Assembly: GCF_009914755.1 (NCBI RefSeq)
Contig: NC_060948.1
Length of the DNA stretch: 64,000 nucleotides
Source: the human T2T-CHM13v2.0 reference genome, Homo sapiens
Strand: one strand, 5' to 3'
Of this stretch, positions 26,684 to 41,000 are shown in pieces (within the stretch, counting starts at the first letter, position 1; every line of letters starts with the position of its first letter). Under the pieces are notes generated by a model, which did no database searches, had not been told where the DNA came from, and saw nothing but the letters and a program-made list of their open reading frames with translations. Made by a program: the position numbers and the translations under genes.

Positions 26684-29600
26684 TACAAAATCGATGTGCA
26701 AAAATCACAAGCATTCCTATTCACCAATAAACAAACAGCCAAATCATGAGTGAACTCCCATTAAGAATTACCACAAAGAGAATAAAATACCTAAGAATCC
26801 AACTTACAATGAATGTGAAGGACCTCTTCAAGGAGAACAGCAAATCACAGCTCAGCAAAATAAAAGAGGACACAAACAAGTGGAAGAAAATTCCATGCTC
26901 ATGGATAGGAAGAATCAATATCATGAAAATTGCCATACTGCCCAAGGTAATTTACAGATTCAGTGCCATCCCCATCAAGCTACCAATGAATTTCTTCACA
27001 GAATTGGAAAAAAAAACTACTTTAAAGTTCATACAGAAACAAAAAAGAGCCTGCATTGCCAAGACAATCCTAAGCAAAAAGAGCAAAGCTGGAGGCATCA
27101 CACTACCTGACTTCAAACTATACTGCAAGGCTACAGTAACCAAAACAGCATGGTACTCGTACCAAAACAGATATATTGACGAATGGAACAGAACAAAAGC
27201 TGCAGAAATAACACCACACATCTACAACCATCTGATCTTTGACAAACTTGACAAAAACAATCAATGGAGAAAGAAGTCCCATTTAATAAATGGTGCCGGG
27301 AAAACTGGCTAGTCATAGGTAGAAAGCTGAAACTGGATTCCTTCCTTACACTGTATACAAAAATTAACTCAAGATGGATTAAGGACTTAAGCATAAGGCT
27401 TAAAACCATAAAAAGCCTAGAATAAAACCTAGGCAGAGAATGATGGTTTCCAGTTTCATCATGTCCCTACAAAGGACATGAACTCATCATTTTTTATGGC
27501 TGCATAGTATTCCATGGTGTATATGTGCCACATTTTCTTAATCCAGTCTATCGTTGTTGGACATTTGGGTTGAACCATCATTCCCAGCAAGCTATCGAAA
27601 GGACAAAAAAAACAAACACTGCATGTTCTCACTTATAGGTCGGAATTGAACAATGAGAACACATGGACACAGGAAGGGGAACATCGCACACCAGGGACTG
27701 TTGCGGGGTTGGGGGAGGGGAGAGGGATAGCATTAAGAGATATACCTAATGCTAAATGACGAGTTAATGGGTGCAGCACACCAACATGGCACATGTATAC
27801 ATATGTAACAAACCTGCACATTGTGCACGTGTACCCTAAAACTTAAAGTATAATAATAATAAAATTTAAAAAAAAAAGTATGGAGATTTCTCAGAGAATT
27901 AAAAGTGGATCTAACATTCAATTTAGTAACCCCACTACTGAAAGGAAAAAAATCAGTATATCAAAAGGACACCTATGTTTATTGCAGCACAATTTACAAT
28001 TGCAAAGATAGGAAATAAGCCTGAGTGCCCATCACCTCATGAGTGGATAAAGAAAATATGGTGTATCTATACCATGGAATACTACTCAGGCACAGAAAAA
28101 TGAAATAGTGTCTTTTGCAGCAACATGAATGGAACTGGAATCCAGTTATTCTAAGTGAAGTAACTGAACTCAGGAATGGAAAACCAAATATTGCATTTTC
28201 TAATTTATAAGTGGGAACTAAGCTGTGGGCAAGCACAGGTATACAGAGTGGTATAATGGACATTGGGGACTCAGAATGTAGGAGGATGGATGGAGGATGA
28301 GGTATGAAAAATTACCATTTGGGTACAATGTACACCAGTCGGGTGATGGGTGCACTAAAACCCCAGACTTCACCACTGTACAATCTATCCATGTAAACAA
28401 AAACAACTTGCACTCCTAAAGCTATTGAAAATTAAAAAAAGGTAACATAGATGTTAAATAGAAACAACTAAATGTAAATATAATTATGTTGACTTATGTG
28501 GGGAATATTTAGAAGAATAACAAACAATAAAAAGTACAATTTTTGGTTAAAAAACAAAAACAAAAACAAAACACCAAACCTAGGCAATACCATTCAGGAC
28601 ATAGGCATGGGCAAAGGCTTCATGACTAAAACACCAAAAGCAATGGCAACAAAAGCTAAATTAGACAAATGGGATCTAATTAAACTAAAAAGCTTCTGCA
28701 CAGCAAAAGAAACTATGATCAAAGTGAACAGGCAACCTTCAGAATGGGAGAAAATCTTTGCAATCTACCCATCTGACAAAGGGCTAATATCCAGAATCTA
28801 CACAGAACTTAAACAAATTTAAAAAAAAAAAAAAAAACCCATCAAAAAGTGGGCAAAGGATATGAACAGACACGTCTCAAAAGAAGACATTTATGCAGCC
28901 AACAGACACATGGAAAAATGCTCATCATCACTGGTCATCAGAGAAATGCAAATCAAAACCACAATGAGTTATCATTTCATGCCAGTTAGAATAGCAGTCA
29001 TTAAAAAGTCAGGAAACAACAGATGCTGGAGAGGATTTGGAGAAATAGCAACACTTTTACACTGTTGGTGGGAATGTAAATTAGTTCAAACATTGTGGAA
29101 CACAGTGTGGCAATTCAGCAAGGATCTAGAACTACAAATACCATTTGTTTTACAAATAGAATCAGCGATCCCATTACTGGTATATACTCAAAGCATTATA
29201 AATCATGCTACTATAAAGACACATGCACACATATGTTTATTGTGGCACTATTCACAATAGCAAAGACTTGGAGCCAACATCAGTGATGGATTGGGTTAAG
29301 AAAATTTGGCCCATATACACCATGGAATACTATGCAGCCATAAAAAGGATGAGTTCATGTTCTTTGCAGGGACATGGATGAAGCTGGAAACCATAATTCT
29401 CAGCAAACTATCACAAGGACAGAAAACCAAACCCCGCATGTTCTCACTCATAACTGGGAGTTGAACAATGAGAACACATGGACACAGGGCAGGGAGCATC
29501 ACACACCAGGGTCTGTCACGGGTGGGAGCCTGGGGGAGGGATAGCCTTAGAAGAAATATCCAATGTAAATGATGAGTTATGTGTGCAGCAAACCAACAAG

Positions 29601-29684
29601 GCACGTGTATACCTGTGTAACAAACCTGCACATTGTGCACATGTACCCTGGAACTTAAAGTATAATTAAAAAAAAAAAAAAAAA
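26684..29684 (+). mobile_element. L1PA7/8-like, 5'-truncated, split by an insertion at 27436-28575
   Basis: ORF2 peptides MSELPL..., [11 protein letters not shown]...; 3'UTR and poly(A); degenerate TSD tag(g/a)aatcctt. Confidence 0.88.
27436..28575 (+). mobile_element. L1PA4/5-like short inverted insertion with a 3' transduction
   Basis: Inverted piece 27436-27572, sense 3'UTR to poly(A) at 27877, then an L1PB-like 3' end, unique DNA and a second A tail; TSD aaacctaggca. Confidence 0.8.
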
Positions 29685-30905
29685 TAGAAATCCTTGTCTT
29701 GTTGCAGTTCTTAAAGAAAATACTGCAAGCTTTTGCCTTGAGGATGTTGCTTGTTACTATTTTGAGGTATGTTCCTTTAATACCTAGATTTTTTCTTAGG
29801 ATCCTTAACATGAAGGGATGTTAAAATTTATCAGAAGCCTTTTTTTAATCCCTTTAGATAACTGATTGAGTTTTGCTTTTAGTTGTGTTTATGAGATGAA
29901 TCACATTGATTGATTTGTATGTGTTGTACCAACCATTTCAGAGATTAAGCCTATCGGTGGATTAATCTTTTGATATAATATTGGATTTGGTTTGCTAATA
30001 TTTTGTTGAGAAATTTGCATATATGTTGATCATAATGATAGCCTGAAATTTTCTTATTTTACTGTTGCTTTAACAGGATTTTATTATCAAAATGCTCCTG
30101 GCCTCATAGAAATAGCTGGAGAGGAGTCTCTTCTCTTCTTTTTTTTTTTTTTTTTTTTGAAATAGTTTTAGTGGAATGGCATCAACTTCTTTTTTATATA
30201 TATCTGGTAAAATTCAGCTCGTCCTGGGCTTCTTTTGGCTCATAAGCTTTATTACTGGTTCAGTTTTGTAACTCATTTTTACTTTATTCAGGATTTCCAT
30301 TTCTTCCTGGTTTAAAGTTGTGAGTTTGCTGGTTCTCAGACATTTATCCATTTTTATAATAGTCTCTGAGGGATTCTTTGTTTTTTCTCTCTGGTCAGTG
30401 GTAGTGTCATTTCTTATTATGTTTATTTTGATTTTTTTTGCTGTGTTAATTTAGTTAGTGACTGCTGATCTTACTTATTCTTTCAAACAACAAGCCCATG
30501 AATTGGTTGATCTTTTGTATGGTACTTCACATCTCTATTATGTTCAAATCAGCTCGGATTTTGGTTATTTCTTCATTTCTGCTAGATTTGTGGTTGGCTT
30601 GCTTTTTTTTTTTTTTCTGGTTCCCCTAGATATGGTGCTATGTTGCTAATTTGCAGTCATTCTCACTTTTTGTTGTGGGCATTTAACACTGTAAACTCCT
30701 TTTAACACTGTTTTAGCAGTGTCTCAGGGGTTTTATTATGTTGTACCTTTCTTTTCATCAGTGGCTAATAAATTCTTGATTTCTGCCTTATTTACTTAAA
30801 AGGTCCTTCAGGAACCAGTTGTTTAATTTCCATGTAATTGTATGGTTTTCCACAATATTCTTAGTATTCTTAGTATTGATTTCTTTCTTTCTTTTTTCTT
30901 TTCTT

Positions 30906-30912
30906 TTGTTGC

Positions 30913-30946
<34 letters not shown>

Positions 30947-30950
30947 GCTG
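30906..30950. repeat. (GTT)n microsatellite
   Basis: Directly visible. Confidence 0.9.
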
Positions 30951-32681
30951 TGGTTCCAGAGTCTGGTTAGTATAATTTTGTTGTTGTTGTATTCTAATTT
31001 GCTGATATTTGTTTTACAGCCAGTTTTTTGGTTGGCTTTACAGTATCTGTTGTGTTCAAATGGGAAAAAAAATGTATTCGTTGGGAGTTTTGTAGGTATC
31101 AGGGCATTTGGTCAAGCATTGAGTTCTGATCTTGAATATCTTTGTTAGCTTTCTGCCTTAATAACTGGTCTAATACTGCCAGTGGTGTGTTGAAGTCTCC
31201 TGTTATTATTGTATGGTTATCTAATCTCTTCATAGGTCTACAATAACTTGTTTTATGAATCCTTGTGCTCCTGTATTGTGTGCATGTACATTTAGAATAG
31301 TTAGATTTTCTTGAATTGAACTCTTTACCATTATATAATGCTTTTTTGGATAATTGTTTAACATCACTTTTGTCTGAAATTAGAGAAACAACCCCAATTT
31401 TTCAATCCTTTTCATTTGCTTGAAAGATTTTTCTGTTTCTATTTATTTTGACCATATGGGTGCTAATGCATGTGAGTTGAGTCTCTTGAAGACAGCGTAG
31501 AGTTGGATCTTGCTTCTATATCCAAGTTATCACTCTCACCTTTTAATTGGGCATTTAGTCCATTTACATTCAGAGTTAATAATGACACGTGAAGATTTGG
31601 TTCTGCACCATGTTGCTAGTTAATATGCAGAGTTGATAGTATACTTGTTGCTTTTTAGTGCTAATAGTCTTATGTACTTAAATGTGTTGTTGTCCATACT
31701 TAGCACTTCTTTAAGGATCTCTTGTAAGGCAGGTCTGGTAACAAATTTTCTTAGCATTTCCTTTTCTAAAAATAATCTTTTTTCTCTTTCACTTCTGAGC
31801 TTAATTTAGCTGGATATTAAATTCTTGGTTGGAGTTTCTTTTCTTTAAGAATGCTAAATATATGCCCCAATTCTCTTTTGGCATATAAGGTTTCTGCTGA
31901 CAGATGAGTCACTTGCCTTTTCTCCCTAGAAAACATTTTTTCTTTGATTTCAACCTAGGAGAATCTGATGTCTACATATCTTGCAGATGGTCATCTTTTA
32001 TACTATCTTGCAATTGTTTTCCGCATTAGTTGGATTTGAATGTTGGACTTTCAAGTGAGATTAGAGAAATTTAAATGGATGACATCCTTACATATGTTTT
32101 GCGAGATGCTTGCTTTATCTCTCTTTTTTTTCAAGTAAGCAAATGAGTTATAGATTTTGTCCTTTTTCCATAATTCCATATTTCTTGGTGGTTTTGTTCA
32201 TTCTTTTTCATTTTTTATTTTTTTGTGACTGAATTATTTTAGAGAACTGGCCTTTGAACTCTGAGATTCTTTTCTCCTGTCAGTCTTTCCTGTGGTAAAA
32301 GTTGAAATTCTATTATGATATTCTTGAAATTTGATTTTCAGCTTTATAAGATTTTTTTTAATGGTCATTTTTTCTTTCAATTTTCTGTGTCATTTTATTG
32401 TATTCCTTCCATTCCTTTGATTGGGTTTTGACTTTCCCCTGAATCTCAATGATTTTTTTTTAAATCTATATTCTGAATTTTCTGTCTGTTTTCTCCGCCA
32501 TTTCAGCTTACCTAACAACCACTACTGGCAAACTACTGCAGTCATTTGGAGATAAGGAGACACTCTGGCTTTTTGAGTGCTATAGTTTACATGCTAGTTC
32601 TTTATCATCTGTGTGGACTGATACTTCTTCAATATTTGAAGTTGTTGTTATTTGGGTGCTTTTTTTTTTCATTTCTTTTTC

Positions 32682-32778
32682 CATGCAAACCACCATGGCA
32701 AGTGTATACCTATGTAACAAACCTGCACATACTGCATATGTACCCCAGAACTTAAAGTTTTACAATAAAAAATAAAAA
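32682..32778 (+). mobile_element. Short L1PA 3' end
   Basis: gcaaaccaccatggca...gtaccccagaacttaaagt plus A tail. Confidence 0.85.
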
Positions 32779-35265
32779 CCTGTTCAGTTTAATTAAAATG
32801 GACATTCAAGCTTTGAGTATATTCAAAAGGCCTTTATGTTTCTCTCTTCCTAAATCCTGTTTTCCTCAAAAAGATTTTTTACTCAGTCAAAAATTACTTT
32901 CCTCTTCTCTGTCTTGCTACTCTTGGTGGATGCATAAAAGACCTAGAATTACTTCTGGTGACCTGGGACTCCCTTGGAAAACAGAAAAGCTGCCACAAAT
33001 TCCATTTTAGGAAAAATATCTGTTGTCCTTATGGAGCCCCTGGAATAAAGGTAAGTACCTCTTAAAATCTGTCTTTGTCTTCCAGCTATGCTTTTGTATT
33101 AGGCCCTGAAAATTGTTTTCTTAGCTGTGTTCTTAAAGGGACTCACCTGAAGGCCAATAATCCAATTAAGAAATTAGCAAATGTAAATCTTATAACTACT
33201 GGATCTTCTTCTGGTTGTCTGTGTGGCTATATATTTTTATGTGTGCAATGTCTATTAAAAAGAGCTCTAATTAATTAATTGGCCTAAGAAAAATAAGCAC
33301 TTAAATATTTATAAGGAAAATATTAAGCAAAGTAATACTGTGTATATTGCCATTTTACTTTATTATTCTGTTGAAGCAAAATTGTAGGGTTGTATTATAT
33401 GTGTGTGCTTTTGCTAAATGTCCCAGTTAGCTGTGCTGAGATATAACAGTACTATTTATGGTTTAAGTTTTGATTCTTAGATATTTTCTCCAGCATTGAC
33501 ATTGTTTTCCAAAAACACACTAAACTGTATTGCACAGTTCAAAATTTACTTAAGGGATCAATCTAGGCATTGTTCTTGGTCTTAAATTTAATGTCAAACA
33601 CAGGAAATATTCTGTTTCACTATATTAATTTTAATCACATAATATATATATATCACTCTATTAATTTTCAAGGGTTTTTCTTTCACATTTAAAAACGTGA
33701 TAACAAGTATTCACCTTCAATGTTTATAAAACCTTAATGTCTTTATTAATAATTTTATTATAAAATTTCATAAACCATGTTTTTCAAAATAAGTTTATAA
33801 CAAATCTAGCTTCCCAGATATGCTAATAGTTAAGTATGTCAGTGTACTAAGTAAATCATTGACTTGTACCCATTGGGAATATTTAGTGTTATTGCCTTTG
33901 CAGTGAAAAAAATAATAAAACCTTTCATTTTTAAAATTAGATTAGAAAATGTGACATAACTTGGGACTTTAGTAGTGTATACACTAGCATTAGTTTATAC
34001 ACTACTTTTGCCACTGGGGAGTTCAAGCTGAAATGTCCCTCAGTCATATAGCCATGGAATACATCTTTCATTCATAAATTCTGCTCAGATAATTAAATAT
34101 TTTCCCATGTAGGTTATTTTCACTTATATTATTAAAAAAAAACTAGTTCAGTTTAATTTTTTTGCATGTAGAATATTGCACATTTTCTGTAAGTGAGTCA
34201 TTAAGATTAGTATCTATGTAGGTTCAGTCAGATCCAACCATGTGTTCAAGTTATACTATATAACCCTCTAAAATACATAGAAGTATTACTACTTTGCCTT
34301 TAACAAAACTCAAGACTCAGTTTTAATTTATTAATCCAGCATTTGAGCAACAGATTTTTAATTCCCAAAGTTGGGAAAAAAATGAGAAAACAATGAGGGA
34401 AGAAAGAACCAGTCCTTAGTGTCACATTTTTTTCCCCTTGGGGTTATAAGTTAGAGTCTCCTTCTTTCAAGAACACTTTTATTATAGTACACATATAGAC
34501 TTGATTTTTTTGTGTCATTGTATAACTCTCATGCTGAGGGTCTAGCCTAAAAAAGCAAAAGAAAATTGTCTTCATTGTACCAACATATTCATGACTTAAC
34601 AAGATCATAAGGGAACAAAACTTTGGATTCAAGCTGAGTGAAAATACCATTTCAGTGAATGTGTTCCTAAGAGAAACCAGAATTGGCAGTTAATTTAGTC
34701 ATCTAGAAAATCTCAGTTCCCACCAGTAAAAATATCCTGAGTGGCTAGTGCTCTTTGATAAAAATCTGGCATACTGAATAAATAATGTTCATGTGGGAGC
34801 CAGCAACTAGGTAAATCTTGCCTTTAGTATAATCTGCAACCACAGAAATAAAGCCAGCACTTTTCAAACTAATAAGCCTTCCTTGTCAGTATCATAAAGA
34901 ATATTGCCTAATTGAACTTGCTCCCATTGATGTAGTAGTTACTTATTTCTACCTAACAACTCACCTTCTGAGTTTCCCCAAGTTTTTTCTTTTTTAAAAA
35001 AGCATTATATTTGAGAGCTACTTTGCCCAAATTACAAAGTGAGTCAGTGTTTTTAATTTGAAGGGACAGTTAAAAAGAAAAAGAAAAAGAAAGAAATGAT
35101 TTGTTCCCTGTTTTAGCTATGCATAAGTGTTTCTAGCAAAGGAAGGGTAGAAAAGAGTTGAAAATTATTTACAATACTTGCTACTTAGAAATACAGGGCC
35201 TTTTGAGGGTAGTATGTATGTTAATGGTTTTCATTATGTACTTATTCCTGTTAAAACAAGCAGTT

Positions 35266-35646
<381 letters not shown>

Positions 35647-36188
35647 TTAATTATTTGACATTCCTTGTCCCCAGTACCACAGGCCACTCTTAACATCACT
35701 TGCTTGCCTAGATAAAGTTCTGCATTTCAAGCAGTGTACGTATTTCCCTGTGGTTGATTATAGTAAGGACAGAAACATATAAGTAACCATGCCCCAACTA
35801 TACTGGAAGAAGTCAAACTTCATCTGCATCTACCAAATAATAATCATAATTATGAAAACTTAACAGGTTTTATATTAAAGTTAAAATTTGCTAAGAGTTA
35901 CCATTATAATGTAATTAAAACCGCTAAACATGGATTTACATGCAAGGTGTATAAAAAGATTAAAATGTATTTTTATTAAAAATTATAAGAAGGCCTAAAA
36001 AATGTACATTTTGCTTAAGAATAAAAATAACCTTAAAGTTAAATAAAATAAAGCAGATGGTTTAAGCAAATTGTAAAAAAATTGTACAAATTAATCCTGT
36101 AAAGAATTACTCAAAAAGGTATTATATGGTTTTTTTCCTGTTAATTAAACGCCACAAAGTTTTCTTAAAATGCTAATCTAATCTACTC

Positions 36189-36502
36189 TTTTTTTTTTTT
36201 TTTTTTTTTCCTTTTGGGACAGAGTCTAGCTCTGTCACCCAGACTAGAGTGCAGTGGTGCAGTCTTGGCTAACTGCAAGCTCTGCCTCCCGGGTTCATGC
36301 CATTCTCCTGCCTCAGCCTCCTGAGGAGCTGGGAAGGTGGTACTACAGGCACCCACCACCACGCCTGGATTTTTTGTATTTTTAGTACAAATGGGGTTTC
36401 ACCATGTTAGCCAGGATGGTCTCGAACTCCTGCCCTCCTGATCCGTCCGCCTCGGCCTTCCAAAGTGCTGGGATTACAGACGTGAGCCACCGTGCCCCGC
36501 CA
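36189..36502 (-). mobile_element. AluSc/Y-like
   Basis: Poly(T) plus antisense Alu. Confidence 0.92.
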
Positions 36503-38065
36503 CTAATCTGTTTAGCAAAACTTGTCAAGGGGTATAATGGGTATGTAAAATCTCACTTCATATTCAAACTCATTAAAATTAAATAAAATTGTCTATACGG
36601 TATTATTAAAATTAGGGTTAACATTAATGACAAACTAATGCAAGGGTAAAATTTAACTTTCTCTCTTAAACAGAATTTTCATGTAATAGAAAAGGCTAAT
36701 AAATGGTTTTTGCTTTTCCAGATTGTTAACTCATCATTTTGGCAAAACAAAACAAGACAAACAAATTTATGGTAATCTAATATTCTATTTCGTAACATCA
36801 AAGGTTTTAAATTTTAAACGTATGTAACAGGCTTCCCCAAATCAAACTTTAGTCTCAAGGTGGTTTTTCCTAACCCTTGGCTTTTGGGTGCTGCATAGGA
36901 CCCCTGAACCATCCAAAAAAGAGATAAACAGAATTATTTGTCAATATAAAATTTCCAAAATAATGTATAATAGGTTATATTTTAGGGAATAATGTTAACA
37001 TACGTTTCAAAACTGTATGGGATGTCTAAGGGTCTCCTGTCTGAATATGCACTATTAATCACTACTGAGGTTGTTATGTTGGATTACTGTAAACCACAGA
37101 AATAACCAAATGTATTTGTCAATTGTGTTTCTAACTGTATCCAAACTGGACATTTTGTTACTTACAGACAATGGTATTTTGTTTTAATTCTCTTCGAAAC
37201 ATGGTTTATATTGAAGCTGTGGAACCTTAACAAGTACTCTTAAATGCAGGTTACAACTACAAAACATACAGAACTCATGAAAAGCTAAAATGTTTATAAA
37301 TATCAAGCAAAACAGAGTAATAAAATGAACTAAACTAATAGAAAACAAAAACAAATTTTTACCTTTTGCTTAGAACACTGCTAATCTTTATTTTATTTTT
37401 CAGAGTGAAGAAAACTTGTCTCAAGCTAGCAACAGCCTTTAACAGCTAAGTAAAGTATATTCCTGTAAATGGAATTTAAAGTGTTTGTTCCCCTCTGCCT
37501 AGTTCCTCTAGAATTCGAAAACTAGTGATAAGTGTTCATAAACTGCAACAATATAGTTGTTTACATCAATGCAATAAGAATCTATTTTCTTTTGTAACAG
37601 AATACAATGGTAAAAACTGCTTATTTTACCAAAGCTTTGACAGGAATGATATGCTCTCCCTTAAGGAACTGAACTTGTGGAGCTAATAAAGCTCTTGAAA
37701 AACTGGCCTAATTTTCTGTGTTCACAGTCCCTGTACAGGGTTTCCAATCTATAGTAAGTAAAGAATGTCATTTTCTAACTGGCCAGGAACCCCAGGTTAT
37801 TGTAAATCATCAAGGAGAGGAATTCACCCAACTCATAGGTATGTAATGGTAAAAATTCATGGTTAGGTTTGGATTCAATATGTCTTATCTCAAATTCCTT
37901 CTATATAACAAAGTTCCATCAAAGCTGATTTATTTATTATTTTTTTAATTCTGCCCTCAGAATCTTAATTGTAAAAAAAAAAATTCTACAGATATCTGCA
38001 CATGAAATGGTAATTCACTGATGAATTTTTATTACTTTTTTATTAAAAGGTAATTCACTAAAGAA

Positions 38066-41000
38066 TTTTTTTATCATTATTATACTTTAAGTTCTAGGGT
38101 ACATGTGCAGAACATGCAGGTTTGTTACATATGTATACATGTGCCTTGTTGGTGTGCTGCACCCGTTAACTCATAATTTACATTAGGTATATCTCCTAAT
38201 GCTATACCTAGCCCCTCCCCAACTTCACGACAGGCCCCAGTGTGTGATGTTCCAAACCCTATGTCTAACTGTTCTCATTGTTCGATTCCCACCTTTGAGT
38301 GAGAACATGCAGTGTTTGGTTTTCTGTCCTTGTGATAGTTTGCTCAGAATGATGGTTTCCAGCTTCATCCATGTCCCTACAAAGGACATGAACTAATCCT
38401 ATTTTATGGCTGCATACTATTACATGGTATGTATGTGCCACAATTTCTTAATCCAGTCTATCACTGATGGACATTTGGGTTGGTTCCAAGTCTTTGCTAT
38501 TGTGAATAGTGTCGCAATAAACATACGTGTGCATGTGTCTTTATAGCAGCATGATTTTTAATCCTTTGGGTATATACCCAGTAATGGGATGTCTGGGTCA
38601 AATGGTATTTCTAGTTCTAGATCCCTGAGGAATCACCACATTGACTTCCACAATGGTTGAACTAGTTTACATTCCCACCAACGGTGTAAAAGTGTTCCTA
38701 TTTCTCCACATCCTTTCCAACACCTGTTGTTTCCTGACTTTTTAATGATCACCATTCTAACTGGTGTGAGATGGTACTTCCTTGTGGTTTTGATTTGTAT
38801 TTCTCTGATGGCCAGTGATGGTGAGCATTTTTAATGTGTCTGTTGGCTGCATAAATGTCTTCTTTTGAGAAGTGTCTGTTCATGTCCTTTGCCCACTTTT
38901 TGATGGGGTTGTTTGTTTTTTTCTTGTAAATTTGTTTGAGTTTATTGTAGATTCTGGATATTAGCCCTTTGTCAGATGAGTAGGTTGCGAAAATTTTCTC
39001 CCATTTTGTAGGCTGCCTGTTCACTCCGATGGTAGTTTCTTTTGCTGTGCAGAAGCTCTTTAGTTTAATTAGATCCCATTTGTCAATTTTGGCTTTTGTT
39101 GCCATTGCGTTTGGTGTTTTAGTCATGAAGTCCTTGCCCATGCCTGTGTCCTGAATGGTATTGCCTATGTTTTCTTCTAGGGATTTTATGGTTTTAGGTC
39201 TAACATGTAAGTCTTTAATCCATCTTGAATCAATTTTTGTATAAGGTATAAGGGTGGAATCCAGTTTCAGCTTTCTACGTATGGCTAGCCAGTTTTCCCA
39301 GCACCATTTGTTAAATAGGGAATCATTTCCCCACTTCTTGTTGTCAGGTTAATCAAAGATCAGATGGGTGTAGATGTGTGCTATTATTTCTGAGGGCTAT
39401 GTTCTGTTCCATTGTTCTATATCTCTGTTTTGGTACCAGTATCATGCTGTTTTGGTTACTGTAGCCTTGTAGTATAGTTTGAAGTCAGGTAGCGGCATGC
39501 CTCCAGCTTGGTTATTTTGGCTTAAAATTATCTTGGCAATGAGGGCTCCTTTTTGGTTCTGTATGAATTTAAAGTAGTTTTTTTCCAATTCTGTGAAGAA
39601 AGTCATTGGTAGCTTGATGGGGATGGCATTGAATCTATAAATTATTTTTGGCAGTATGGCCATTTTCACAATACTGATTCTTCCTGTCCATGAGCATGGA
39701 ATGTTCTTCCATTTGTTTGTGTCCTCTTTTGTTTCATTGAGCAGTGGTTTGTAGTTCTTGAAGAGGTTCTTTACAGCCATTGTAAGTTGGATTCCTAGGT
39801 ATTTTATTCTCCTTGAAGCGATTGTGAATGGGAGTTCACTCATGATTTGGCTGTCTGTTTGTCTGGTATTGGTGTATAGGAATGCTTGTGATTTTTCACA
39901 TTGATTTTGTATCCTGAGAGTTTGCTGAAGGTGCTTATCAGCTTACGGAGATTTTGGGCTGAGATGATGGGGCTTTTTAAGTGTAATTATGTCATCTGCA
40001 AACAGGGACAATTTGCCTACCTTTTTTCCTAATTGAATACCCTTTATTTCTTTCTCTTGCCTGATTACCCTGGCCAGAACTTCCAACACTGTGTTGAATA
40101 GGAGTGGTGAGAGAGGGCATCCCTGTCTTCTGCCAGTTTTCAAAGGGAATGCTTCCAGTTTTTGCCCATTCATTATGATATTGGCTGTGGGTCTGTCATA
40201 AATAGCTCTTATTATTTTGATATATATCCCATCAATAACTAGTTTATTGAGAGTTTTTAGCATGAAGGGCTGTTGAATTTTGTCAAAGGCCTTTTCTGCA
40301 TCTATTGAGATAATCATGTGGTTTTTGTCTTTGGTTCTGTTTATATGCTGATTATGTTTCTTGATTTGCTTATGCTGAACCAGCCTTGCATCCCAGGAAT
40401 GAAGCCAACTTGATCATGGTGGATAAGCTTTTTGATGTGCTGCTGGATTTGGTTTCCCAGTATTATATTGAGGATTTTCGCATGGATGTTCATCAGGGAT
40501 ATTGGTCTAAAATTCTCTTTTTTTGTTGTGTCTCTGCCAGGCTTTGGTATCAGGATGATGTTGGCCTCATAAAATGAATTAGGGAGTATTCCCTCTTTTT
40601 CTATTGATTGGAATAGTTTCAGAAGGAATGATACCAGCTCCTCCTTGTACCTCTGGTAGAATTCGACTGAGTCCATCTGGTCCTGGACTTTTTGTGGTTG
40701 CTAGGCTATTAATTATTGTCTCCATTTCAGAGCCTGTTTTTGGTCTATTCAGGGATTCAACTTCTTCCTGGTTTAGTCTTGGGAGGGTGTATGTGTCTAG
40801 GAATTTATCCACTTCTTCTAGATTTTCTAGTTTATTTGCATATAGGTGTTTATAGTATTCTCTGATGGTAGTTTGTATTTCTGTGGGATTGGTGGTGATA
40901 TCCCCTTTATTATTTTTTATTGCATCTATTTGATTCATCTCTCTTTTCTCCTTATTAATCTTCCTAGCAGTCTATCAATTTTATTGATCTTTTCAAAAAA

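Larger units (their letters stand above)
25990..32670 (-). mobile_element. Old primate L1 (ORF2-ORF1), host of nested insertions
   Basis: Antisense ORF2 is continuous across 26684-29684 (...ggaatcctt|gtcttgttgcagttc). Confidence 0.8.

Noticed and set aside
30819-31148. Poly-Leu membrane-like ORF
   Set aside because: Translation of a (GTT)n repeat within an antisense L1.
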